A stretch of 64,000 nucleotides of DNA from Octopus vulgaris (Eukaryota). The translations under genes and the position numbers were made by a program. The notes under the pieces are model-generated. The model was given only the letters and a program-made list of their open reading frames with translations, was not told the origin of the DNA and did no database searches. Of the stretch, positions 28,192-40,559 are shown in pieces. How positions within the stretch are numbered: the stretch's first letter is position 1; each line of letters begins with the position of its first letter. The stretch covers positions 40,300,001 through 40,364,000 of the forward strand of contig OX597834.1 of NCBI GenBank assembly GCA_951406725.2. Reading direction: 5' to 3'.

Positions 28192-28559
28192 GGGATGGGC
28201 AGTTAAAGGGAGTTGGAGGAGGTATATGATTCGAAATAGGAGGTGCAGAAGGAGGAGAGTGGTGGATATGGAAAAGCAGAGAGAAATAAAGTAGACAAAG
28301 GTGGGTTGGAGGGGGAGGAGGTGATGATGTAGGGAGGAAAGATGGAGGTATGTGGTTCGGGTGTTGGTGGTGGTGGTGGTGGTGGTGGTGGTGGTAGTGG
28401 TGGTGTTGATGTGGATGTGAGTCATTATGAAATAAAGCTTTGATTAGATTAAAAGTAATTGACGGTATTTGTAGATAAAAGTGGCCAACGGTGAGGTTGG
28501 TTGGTGGGACGACATCATCGGCATCACGATCGAATTACCGTCTCTGCACATCACAACGG

Positions 28560-29045
28560 TCGCCGTGGTGGTGGTCGTCGTCGTCGTTGTCGTTTTCATC
28601 ATGTCTACCACCACCACCATCATCATGATCATAACTACCAGCATCACCATCATCGTCATCATCACCATCATCGTCATCATCATCATCGTCGTCGTCTTCA
28701 TCGTCATCATCATCATCATCTTCATCGTCATCATCATCATCATCATCGTCTTCATCGTCATCATCATCATCATCATCATCGTCATCATCGTCATCATCAT
28801 CATCATCTTCATCGTCATCATCATCATCTTCATCATCTTCATTATCATCATCATCATCGTTTTTATCAACACCATAACTTCAACCAAGACCCCTCCCCCA
28901 TCGTCATCATCATCATCATCATCATCATCATCAACATCATCATCATCTTTATCACCTCCACCGCTATCACCATCGTCATCGTAGTGTCTTCGAAATCACA
29001 ATGACGATGATGATGATCACCGCCACCACCACCAACAACAACAAC
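28560..29045. repeat. (CAT)n-type trinucleotide array
   Basis: Directly visible. Confidence 0.95.
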
Positions 29046-29555
29046 ATTTACAATCCTTCTTTTAGAAAAAAACCCCCAGAATTTATGGGTAAAGAGAAAA
29101 ACACTGTTCCCAGCCCCACCCCAACGTTGTTGCCGCTCATCCCTAACCGTTCCACCCTACCCCACCTTACCCCTACCAATCCTACCAATTCCAGTATCCA
29201 CCCCTTCATCAGAACAAGCACTCCATTGCCTCCACCCTGTATTTCACTTCATTTCACTCGTTTCAGTATCCACCCCTATTTCCCTAATTCCCTAATTCCT
29301 AAACGCCACCTGTGTTGCTAATAAGAAAGGGAGAGATCTGTAATTGAGTAAAGGGACAGAGGGAGGATGGGGGGAGCTGGGCGGTGTAGTGATGGTGGTG
29401 GAGGTGAAGAGAATCGCGTAGTGGTGTTGGGTAAAAGAGGAGGAGATATATTGGTGGGGTGCAGCGGGAGTAGTTGGAGGTAGAGGTGGTGGAAGAGTTG
29501 AGTAGTAGATGGGGAGAAAATGGCTGAAGCATTTGAAAAGAAGCTTAGAATGGAA

Positions 29556-29616
<61 letters not shown>

Positions 29617-29624
29617 CATATATA

Positions 29625-29824
29625 ACGGGAAAGTTTACGAAAATAAACAAAGGACGAAGGCAGGTGGAGTACAAACAAACAAATGTATTTGTATGGCGCT
29701 CAGGAATAGAAATAGAACAAGTCTTTTACGTTTCGATCCTACGCTCTTCGACAGAAAGATACACAGAAAAAAACAAAGAGAGAAACAAGGAGAGAAAAAA
29801 ATGCGTGTAGTAGCTAACGATCTA
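29625..29824 (-). mobile_element. Hammerhead-variant mini-element P1 (same ends as 27278-27455)
   Basis: Highly similar sequence and identical termini; the motif lies at 29722-29759. Confidence 0.75.
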
Positions 29825-29859
29825 TATGTATATATCTGTGTGTGTGTGTGTGTGTACAA

Positions 29860-30385
29860 TAGTCTTGACTATTGAAAAGGTTGCAAGACGCAACGAAAAT
29901 TTTAGGGAAATAAAAATAAGAAATAAGTGGAAATTTTACCGGTGAGTGTGTTTTTACATAGTTTCCACGTATAATAAGATCTTGAGCACATGATGGCAAC
30001 GGTAAATGGTTCCTTTTCTTCTGTTTATAGCGTCTTACATCTCGTCAGATGACTTGGAGGGAAGGTATTTTTGTACCTTCCTCTTCCGGTATAGACATAC
30101 AAGCTTCGGCAATGATTTGTTGTTTTGTCTCTTCAGTTTTTGTTGCACGTTTTTAAAATTTCTTGAAACACTTTTGCAGCTTCACACTTCGATGCATCTG
30201 GTGCGTGTGTGTGACTGTAATTCTTCGATAATCTCACCTTTGCTTTACAAGACACATTAGACCTGTGTCGGTCACATTCGTAAGATACCACACCATTTGC
30301 CAAATCCTTCCGTTTGCTGTAAATATATCCCTCACGAAATAATTTCAACTTTCCTTTGTTGCACTTCACAAGTTCGATCTCCTAT
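29860..30385 (-). pseudogene. Decayed MULE-type transposase N-terminus with a FLYWCH zinc finger
   Basis: KGKLKLFREGYIYSKRK..YEC..CKAKV..HTHAPD, followed after a frameshift/stop by LPLPSCAQDLII..YVKT. Confidence 0.7.
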
Positions 30386-31042
30386 GAATGGAAGTTAAAT
30401 GGGTTTATATAAAAAGAAAAAATTCTTCACCGCCTTGAGGACGACTATATCAGCCATAAAATTTAAAACAAACAAGCGACTATACTACTATTTTCATGAG
30501 AAGTCATATAGACAGTACAAAGATTGTGCAGCTTTGCGGGCTGGACAAACACATTAATGAATGAAAATGAAATAGAATGAATAAATGAGAGACGAAACCC
30601 AACACCCGCCGATTGGATTTTTCTCGAAAACATATTTTCTTTTTTTTTTTTAAATCAATATGAGGTTTCAAACCTCTTAAAAGAAGGAGCCACTAAAACC
30701 TCTTACTTAACATGTTTTTTTTTTAAACACACAATGGAGTTATAAACCACTACAAATAATACAATAAGATGAGGTTTCAAACCCTCCAACGAGGCTTTTT
30801 CACCTCCTACTCATCGATATATCCATCGATATATTCATCATTATCTTCAATGCCGCTTGAGTTCCTGTATCCTGCCATTTCCCATGCCTCACTCATGTAG
30901 GACATGTAAGTCGTGTATATATAGGTAAGTCCCAGGCCGTGTGTCTGCAGAGCACGTTCACCACTTATACCCACAAGGCGTCATCAATGATACTGTGCAT
31001 TCGTCGTGGGATCTACGTCTGGAATTCCGAGGTGCACGTTGG

Positions 31043-31335
31043 GTGTATTTTTAAATGGTTAAATACGGAAGACGGAGTACGACTAGAAGCATTTCATAGC
31101 ACAACAATCGTTCCGGCTTAATTCTGCATATAAATTGAAGCGAAAAAGAAATGTAAAACTGAGAACTTGTGATGCACCTAACGTCCCTTGATGAGGCTCT
31201 TTTGCACTGTGCTTTGCTTCTGGTTGTAGAACATCGTTTCATGCCCACAAGGAAGCAGTGCAAAAGGAAGCCGAAACGATTTTTGTGCTAATAAATGCTT
31301 CTAGTTACACTCCGTCTTCCGTATTAATCATTTAA

Positions 31336-31340
<5 letters not shown>
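31043..31340 (+). mobile_element. Penelope-type pLTR with an inverted ~75-bp terminal duplication and a degenerate hammerhead
   Basis: 31043-31118 is the reverse complement of 31268-31340. The core reads TTGATGA-GGCTCTTTTGCACTG...CAGTGCAAAAGGAAGCC-GAAAC, followed by AATAAA. Confidence 0.7.
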
Positions 31341-31380
<40 letters not shown>

Positions 31381-31666
31381 TACAATGAAAATAATCGCAG
31401 CAACAAGGATATCCAAAGGTAATGCAGTACGATCGTTTCATGCGACTCCATTTTATTGAACAATGCAATCATTTCATTACATCAATTTAAAATGTAAAGC
31501 GATCTTCAACTGCACAAAGACATAGAATTTAACTAAATTAGAAGGACACATTAGTATAATTTTACCCAAAATCTCCAAGAGGATAAGGAGATACACAAAG
31601 AACATGTTTTACCAACAACATCACAGTTGTAACTGGTGCCTCAACTTAAGTACCATATTCATCTGA

Positions 31667-31744
<78 letters not shown>

Positions 31745-32281
31745 ATATATATATATATATATATACATCAGGCTTCTTTCAGTTTCTGTCTACCAAATCC
31801 ACTTACAAAGCTTTGGTCGGCTCTGGGATATAGTAGAATACACTGGTCCAAGGTGCCACGCAGTGGAACCGAACTCAGAACCATGTGGTTTAGAAGCAAA
31901 CTTTTATCTCACACCCATGTATGTATGTATGTATGTATGTATGCAGGTATGCATCTTACAAATCCACCAGAGTACATATTCTAAAATTTCTTGAAATCAT
32001 CTCCCTTCTTTTTTTTTTGAGACTCACAAGCTGTTGCCTCTGGGTTCTTTGGTTTCTGCCTCTAACTCACAAGGGGAATTCAATAAATTAAGAATTTGAT
32101 TCAATACGTCTATCGTGAACTGTAGCCAGTGCATCTCCTTCAACTCAATTATAACCAACTCCACATTATTAATGGCCTCAAGTCAGACCCTTTCCAATTT
32201 AATTATTTATACAAGTTACTCTTCTCCCAAGAATATATCAAACTCTTTTTAAACAAACAAAGGAATGTGTACTGTATATGC

Positions 32282-32695
32282 GACGGGCTTCTTTCAGTTT
32301 CCGTCTGCCAATTCCACCCACAAGGTTTTGGTAGGCCTGAGGCTATAGTAGAGGACACTATAGGCGGCGAGCTGGCAGAAACGTTAGCACGCCGGGCGAA
32401 ATGCGTAGCCGTATTTCGTCTGTCGTTACATTCTGAGTTCAAATTCCGCCGAGGTCGACTTTGCCTTTCATCCTTTCGGGGTCGATAAATTAAGTACCAG
32501 TTTCGCACTGGCGTCGATGTAATCGACTTAATCCCTTTGTCTGTCTTTGTTTGTCCCCTCTATGTTTAGCCCCTTGTGGGTAGTAAAGAAATATATAGTA
32601 GAGGACACTTGCCCAAGGTGCCACGCAGTGGGACTGAACCCGGAACCATGTGGTTGGGAAGCAAGCTTCTTACCACACAGCCACGTCTATGCCTA
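32282..32695. mobile_element. SINE B (-) interrupted by a full-length SINE A2 (+, 32363-32593)
   Basis: 16-bp TSD TATAGTAGAGGACACT at 32344-32359 and 32594-32609. Confidence 0.92.
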
Positions 32696-32699
32696 TGTT

Positions 32700-32749
<50 letters not shown>

Positions 32750-32753
<4 letters not shown>

Positions 32754-33211
32754 GATGTAATCGACTTAATCCCTTTGTCAATTATAACCAACTCCACATT
32801 ATTAATGGCCTCAAGTCAGTTCCTTTCAATTTAATTATTTATACAAGTTACTCTTCTCTTAAGAATATATCAAACGCTGTGGACTGAACCCGGAACCCGT
32901 AATAACGTGATTGGTGTGTGTGTGTGTGTGTGTGTGTGTGGAGACCTACTCCGTGAGGAGCCGAGGTCGACTTTGCTTTTCATCCTTTCGGGGTCGATAA
33001 ATTAAGTACCAGTTTCGCACTGGCGTCGATGTAATCGATTTAATCCCTTTGTCTGTCTTTGTTTGTCCCCTCTATGTTTAGCCCCTTGTGGGTAGTAAAG
33101 AAATATATAGTAGAGGACACTTGCCCAAGGTGCCACGCAGTGGGACTGAACCCGGAACCATGTGGTTGGGAAGGAAGCAAGCTTCTTACCACACAGCCAC
33201 GTCTATGCCTA

Positions 33212-33257
<46 letters not shown>

Positions 33258-33750
33258 ACCTCCTCCTGCAGCCGTTGGCCAACCGAGTGATGGAATCAAT
33301 TAGATTCCAAAGTCGCACTGCAATGAAACCATCATTAATTTAATTAGTGCAAACATTGAAGCCATTAGCACCATTGGATGATGTTGTTGTTGTTGTTGTT
33401 GTTGTTATTGTTGCTGATGCTGTTGTGGGTGTCATTGTTGTTGGTCTTCTTACCATTTGTTATCAATGGACTTGCTATCGTTTTTTTCTTCTTCTTCGTT
33501 CTCTTCCTGTTGTTGCTGTTGTTGATGATCGCTGCTTTTTCTTGGTCTCTTTTTTTACTGCTATTTTTCTTCTAGTTCTTCTCCTTTTCTCCTCCTCCTC
33601 CTCCAACCGAGTGATGGAATCAATTAGATTCCAAAGTCGCACTGCAATGAAACCATCATTAATTTAATTAGTGCAAACATTGAAGCCATTAGCACCATGG
33701 GATGTTGTTGTTGTTGTTGTTGTTGTTATTGTTGCTGATGCTGTTGTGGG
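32750..33750. repeat. Patchwork of local duplications
   Basis: 32778-32873 copies 32146-32243; 32960-33255 copies 32450-32750; 33603-33750 copies 33279-33430. Confidence 0.85.
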
Positions 33751-34621
33751 TTCTTCCTCCCTCTTCTCCTCTTCTTCCCCTCCTCCTTCCCCTCTTCTTC
33801 CTTCTCCACTTTCTTCTTCTTTACCTTCTCCCTCTCTCGTTCTTCTTTCTTCCTCCTCCTCCGCCTCTTCCTCCTTCTCCTTCCCCCTCCATCTTCTTCT
33901 CTTTCTTCTCTTACTCTTCCTCTGCCCCTCTTCCTCCTCCCTCCCTACTTCTTCTTCTCTTTCTTCTCCTCCTCCTCCCCTCCTTCTTTACCTTCTCCTC
34001 CACCTTCGTCTTCTTCATCGTCATCATCATCTTCCTGGTCTCCTTTTCCCCTTCCTCCTCCTGCCATTTTCTTTATTCCTGGTCTTCTTGGTGTCGTCGT
34101 TACTCTTCTATGCATTTGCTGTTGTTGTTGTTGTTGTTGGTCATATTTTTGGTATTATTTTTGTTATTATTGTTGTTGCTTGTGGTGGTTGTGCCGTCGT
34201 TATTTATTTTTTATTTGGTGTTATTGTTATTTAACCCCTGGCAATACTCATTGACCAGGTGATCGATGTCCAGTGGCGGGCTTCAGACATAATTAGTATA
34301 GATTTCAATTGGTAGAAGCCATGCTGTATCCATTTCCGACCTTTACATTGCGAGTTCAAACCCTACCGAAGCCAACTTTGTTTTCCATTTTTCTAATAAA
34401 AAACAGAAAAGAGACGTTCCAGGAGTGGCTCCCCCTACCATCGCTTGACAACCGATGCTGGTGTGTTTACGTCCCCGTCACTTAGCGGTTCGGCAAAAGA
34501 GAGCCCGAGAGAGTAGGCTTACAAAGAATAAGTACTGGGGACGATTTGCTCGACTAAAAGTGTGCTCCAGCATGGAAACAGTCAAATGACTGAAACAAGT
34601 AAAATAGTGGTGGTGGTAGTG

Positions 34622-34666
<45 letters not shown>

Positions 34667-34673
34667 CACATAT

Positions 34674-35245
34674 TTCCCTGATGCAGTACCAAACAGTGAC
34701 TCTCCTGGCTTTTGATTTTAACTGATTGGTAGTGTTATCATGTACATTGTTTTGTCTTGGTATAAAAGATGGGCTACAGCAAATATTCTGCTCAATACCA
34801 CAGATTTGCTTGTTAGTTGTTTGACATAATTAGTATAGATTTCAGTTGGTAGAACCGACGGTATGTGCATCTCTGATCATGAACTGAAATAGTGGAGGAG
34901 CATCACAGCCATGTGTTGAAAGGAATTTTGGGGGGTTTGGATAATTCACTTCTGGAAACATGGTTGGTTCGTTCACCTCTGGAAACATGGGTGTTTCGTT
35001 CAAACAAGCCTTATTCAGGGACCTTTTGAGCAGGATGGGCTACTCGACTTGAAGAAAAATTCTAACTGGGCCCCACCTGCAAGGTCATGTGCTGTTTCTC
35101 TTGATATGAAACAACCATATCGCGCACGTATGGCTGTGATGCATGTGCCTGGTGTACCCTTATCTGACAGGTAGTCATGATGGGTAGACTGGGCTTCGTA
35201 TATTTTACCCGTGTCACTTTGATGGCATGCACTGCTCTCTCACTC

Positions 35246-35288
<43 letters not shown>

Positions 35289-35290
35289 GT
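34674..35290 (+). mobile_element. Family D non-coding retroposon (~570 bp) ending in (TAA)n
   Basis: Homologous to 54533-54850 (-) and 59712-60445 (+). The 3' end is CTCTCACTC-AATAATAAT. Confidence 0.8.
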
Positions 35291-36522
35291 TTCAAATTTT
35301 GGCACTTGTGGGAGGCGGGGTTGCGAGTTGATTACAACGACTCCAGTGTTCAAATTGGTACTTATTTTATCGACCCCCGAAAGAATGAAAGACAAAAATC
35401 AACATCGAATAAACTTAAAACTCGGAACGTAAAGACGGACAAAATAGCACAAAGCAATTTGTCCGGCACATAATGGTTCTGCAAGCTCGCTGCCTCATTC
35501 ATAAAAAAAACCCAAATAGTTTCTCTCCTTCAATAAGATTGGTTATTGAAAATAACAGGTCCGTTTCAGACATATTGAATCAAAAACCTCTCCCCGGTTC
35601 TCCCAACACACCTTCGCCATATTTTATCCCCCCGCCGCCGTTTTTATTACCTTTAATATTTACACTGTTTCCATTCCACTTGTGTACATCAGCGCACCAA
35701 TTTATACACCCCTGCACATATACACCAATATATTCACACACACACCCTGCATCTATATCCACTCACATCCATACACACATCAATGCATTCATATACATAT
35801 ACAGCATATATATGTGTGTGTGTATGTATATGTATATATATATATATATAAATATATGTATATATATATATATATATACGCATATGTGTGTGGATATATA
35901 TATATGTATGTATATATATGTATATACACAGACATATATGTATATATATACATATATGTACATATATATATATATGTATATATGTACATATATTTATATA
36001 TAAATGTACATATATATATATATATATGTATGTACATATATACAAACACGCATATATGTAATCACACCAACATATATACACGCCCAATTTATATGTCTAC
36101 ATTTATATACATCCCCCATCAACATCACCACCACCACAACCACCACCACAACCACAACGCCGCCGCTGTTACCACTACTACCACTACTGCATCTACTACA
36201 ACCACCACCCCCGTCAGCACCATCACCATCACTTAAACCACCACCACCGCCGCCGCCGCCACTACTGTGCAATGTCCAACCAACCAATGTTGTCTCTTTC
36301 TCTGTATATTATTTGCTTCTGGTCTGAGTCATGATGGAAACATCTGGAAACTTGGATGGTAAATCTAATGTAAATAGATGAACAGCGCCTCCGCCACCAC
36401 CACCACCACCACCATCACCATCACTATCATCCCAACCATCACCACCGACATCACCACGATCAATGTCCCAATGTCAAAGGTCAGCAGGGTCGAATTCTTC
36501 CCCTATTCCGCGCCCACCTCAC

Positions 36523-36543
36523 CTGGATGTCTCTAACTTGTTC
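36523..36543 (-). other. Candidate 21-nt microexon GAACAAGTTAGAGACATCCAG
   Basis: Branch-point-like CTGAC/CTGAT, a TTCTTTCCATTTTCATTACAG acceptor and a CAG|GTGAGG donor. Confidence 0.5.
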
Positions 36544-36829
36544 CTGTAATGAAAATGGAAAGAATTGGTCGGATCAGTCTGTCAGTCATTGAGCAGTTGT
36601 TCCATGTCAGGTCAGATCTCATCGCGAAAGACTGTGATCAGAAGTATTCCGGACGTGACCATCCCCGCCTTCTGATGTTTTTTTTAATTTTTTATTTTTA
36701 TTGGAGCAGTAGAACAATCATTAGTCTCTTGAACAAATATTGGTCCGCCATCACCACCACCACCACCACCACCACCACCACCACCACCTCAGGGCGATTT
36801 AGTAGACGGAAATTGAAAGAAGCCTGTTA

Positions 36830-36932
<103 letters not shown>

Positions 36933-37842
36933 ATACATATATATGCACGTGCGCGCGCGTCTTTGTGACTGTTCGTCTGACAACTAGTGTTGGTGTGATT
37001 AAAGGCGGTGCCCCAGCATGGCCGCAGTCTAATGACTGAAACAAGTAAAAGATAAAAGTTGATATAAGAGCACTTTTTTAATTTACGGGGACGTAAACAC
37101 ACCAACACCGGTTTCCAAGCGGGGGTGGGGGTAAACACAGACACATATATTTCAATTTCTGACTAGGTTTTGGTCGACCCATGGCTATTGTAGAAGACAC
37201 TTGCCCACGGTGCCACGTAATGGGACTGAACCCGAAACCATGAAGTTGGGAAGCAAGCTTCTACCACACTGCCACGCCTGCGCTTGTTAATGCAAAATTT
37301 ATATCTAAAATGTTACATTTTGACTTGAAATTCTAGAAACAAAATTTCTGAGCCGGATGATAATTGAATGGAAAAAGAAATTTATCAAAACTACAGCTGG
37401 GATTGAAACCTCAGAAAATATAATTGAAATTCAAATTGATTTTTCGAAAAAAAACAAAACAAAAAAAACATTCGATTTTCAAAAAAAAGTCTAAAAAGGA
37501 AAAAAAAAGCAATTATATTTTGATTTTGGTTTTAACTTCAGAATCGTTTTTCTCTCATCTGATTCTTCTTTACAGAATCAAGAAATATCAGCTAACACAT
37601 GGTCGAACGACCTGCTTGAAATAGGAGCTAAATCACTCTTAAATAGTACTTCGTTAAGTAACCGCGTGGTTTCGAGTTCAAACTCACTGCGCGGCATCTA
37701 TTATAGTGTCATCTATTATAGCCCCGGGTTACCAATGTCCTGGACGGAAACTGAGTGGAAGTCAATCGTAATACATACATACATACATACATACATACAT
37801 ACATACATACATACATACATAATATAAATTATATATATATAT

Positions 37843-38250
37843 AGGCGCAGGAGTGGCTGTGTGGTAAGTAGCTTGCTTACCAACCACATGGTTCCGGGTT
37901 CAGTCCCACTGCGTGGCATCTTGCGTAAGTGTCTTCTGCTATAGCCCCGGGCCGACCAATGCCTTGTGAGTGGATTTGGTTGACGGAAACTGAAAGAAGC
38001 CCGTCGTATATATGTATATATATATGTGTGTGTGTGTTTGTGTGTCTGTGTTTGTCCCCCTAGCATTGCTTGACAACCGATGCTGGTGTGTTTACGTCCC
38101 CGTCACTTAGCGGTTCGGCAAAAGAGACCGATAGAATAAGTACTGGGCTTACAAAAAGAATAAGTCCCCGGGATCGATTTGCTCGACTAAAGGCGGTGCT
38201 CCAGCATGGCCGCAGTCAAATGACTGAAACAAGTAAAAGAGTAAAAGAGA
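37843..38250 (+). mobile_element. Full-length SINE B inserted in the internal microsatellite of an older B copy (37650-37842)
   Basis: Complete head-to-tail copy, preceded by a decayed B head and (ATAC)n. Confidence 0.9.
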
Positions 38251-38330
38251 GTATATAAAGTGTGTGTATGTATGTATGTATATATGTATGAATGTATGTA
38301 TGTATGTATGTATGTATGAATGTATGTATG

Positions 38331-38364
<34 letters not shown>

Positions 38365-38524
38365 TGTATGTATGTATGTATATATGCATATATGAATGTA
38401 TGTATGTCATTATTCAGTTTTATTTCAAGATCTCTTGCCAATAGAGAAAAAACCGGTTTCTAACCAAGATCCAAGGCTCCTCCATTGGAATTTCAACATC
38501 ACCAACAGGGTATTTTTGTTTGTG

Positions 38525-38672
38525 TGTATGTATGTATGTATGTATGTATGTATGTATGTATGTATGTATGTATGTATGTATGTATGTATGTATGTATGTA
38601 TGTATGTATGTATGTATGTATGTATGTATGTATGTATGTATGTATGTATGTATGTATGTATGTATGTATATG

Positions 38673-38704
<32 letters not shown>

Positions 38705-39105
38705 TGTATATATGTATGTATATGTATGTATGTATGTATTTATGTATGTATGTATGTATGTATGTATGTATGCATGCGTGTATGTATGTATGTATGTATG
38801 TATGTATGCATGTATGCATGTATGTATGTATGTATGTATGTATGTATGTATGTATGTATGTATGTATGTATGTATGCATGCATGCATGCATGCATGTATG
38901 TATGTATGTATGTATGTACGTACGTATGTATGTATGTATGTATGTATGTATGTTGTATGTATGTATGTATGTATGTATGTATGTTTGTGTGTATGTATGT
39001 ATGTATGTATGTATGTATGTATGTATGTATGTATGTTTGTATGTATGTATGTATGTATGTATGTATGTATGTATGTATGTATGTATGTATGTATGTATGT
39101 ATGTA
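38525..39105. repeat. (TATG)n array, ~580 bp
   Basis: Directly visible. Confidence 0.97.
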
Positions 39106-39291
39106 GCAAGGGGAAGAGAGATTAGATGAATCTAGGCGAATGCTTCTTGAAGCAGTCTGTGTAAACAGAATCCAGCCAACGAAATTGTTCAGTCGATATC
39201 ACGGTAATCCGTACAGGTTGATACTCTTTGTTGATAAATCGTTGATAATACATCATCATTCTTTATGCTTTTTCTCTCCTTCCTCATCTAT

Positions 39292-39360
<69 letters not shown>

Positions 39361-39438
39361 GTGTTGTGTTGTGTCTCTGCGTTTGATGGCCTGTTTGTCT
39401 GTCTGTGTGGTTTCATGAGTGTGTACACTTGTGTGAGT

Positions 39439-39484
<46 letters not shown>

Positions 39485-39936
39485 ATTTTTGTGTGTTTGA
39501 GCGCATGTACAAACCGGTCTCTGTGCCTATATGCAAGTATGGGCACAAAGGTTGATCGGTTGAAAATCTAGCGCACACACACGTTCAAACACACAGACAC
39601 ACATACACACACCCACGCACACACACACACTGGCTCATGCACACACGACACCGTACATACGGGTGGACGATTAAAGACAGTAATAACTTCACATAAAATG
39701 GAAATAACAGAAGAAAATAAATGGAAATCGGATGGTTTACGAAAAATAAACGATTTTAAACTCTCTTTAGGATTAAAGTATATTAAAACATTAAACTGCA
39801 TCAGAAACCACAAAAAAGCCCCAACAATATGTGTGTGTGTGTGTGTGTGCATTATATATATATATATATGTGCATGTATATGCGTGTGTGTGCGTGTGTA
39901 TGATTTGTGTGTGTGAGTGCGTGCATTATATATATG

Positions 39937-40006
<70 letters not shown>

Positions 40007-40559
40007 AGTGTGTGTGAGTGTGAGTGCGTATGTGTGCGTGTGTGTGTGATTAAGAGTTGTGTGTGCAGTGTGAGTATGAGTTGTGTATATGTGTGTGTGT
40101 GAAGACGCGTAGTCTAGTGGTTAGGGTATTGCACTCCCGATCGCTACATCGTGGGTTCGATCTATATTTCCTTTCGTGTTGCTCCAGTCCACTCAGCTGT
40201 AAAGGGATCACCCTGCAATATACTAGACTTCGGATCAGGGGGGCGGGGAATGTTGGCTTCACAAAATCTGCATTTTTAAAAGAAAGTAAAACATCTGAAA
40301 GTCGGTTATATTGATTCCAGTTTCCATCTACCAAATCCACTCACGAGGCTTTGGGAATCAAGCTTCTTACCACACAGCCACGCCTGCACCTAAGTATATA
40401 TATATTCATTTTTATTCATTTTACTTGTTTCAGTGATGTGGTGGTGGGGTGGTGTCCTGTAAAGTCGTCGTGAGGAAGCCTCCGAAACGGCACACATTCA
40501 CTCCTGATGATCCCCCGAAACCTTCAAGCATCCTGTATGCGAAGTCTCTGGCTGTACTT

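Noticed and set aside
33366-33388. miR-29-like seed TAGCACCA
   Set aside because: The rest of the mature sequence does not match and there is no precursor hairpin.
40503-40522. Plus-strand CTGATGA-TCCCCC-GAAAC hammerhead-like string (also CTGAAGACGAAAC near 22243-22256, -)
   Set aside because: Stem II cannot form and stems I/III are unconvincing.
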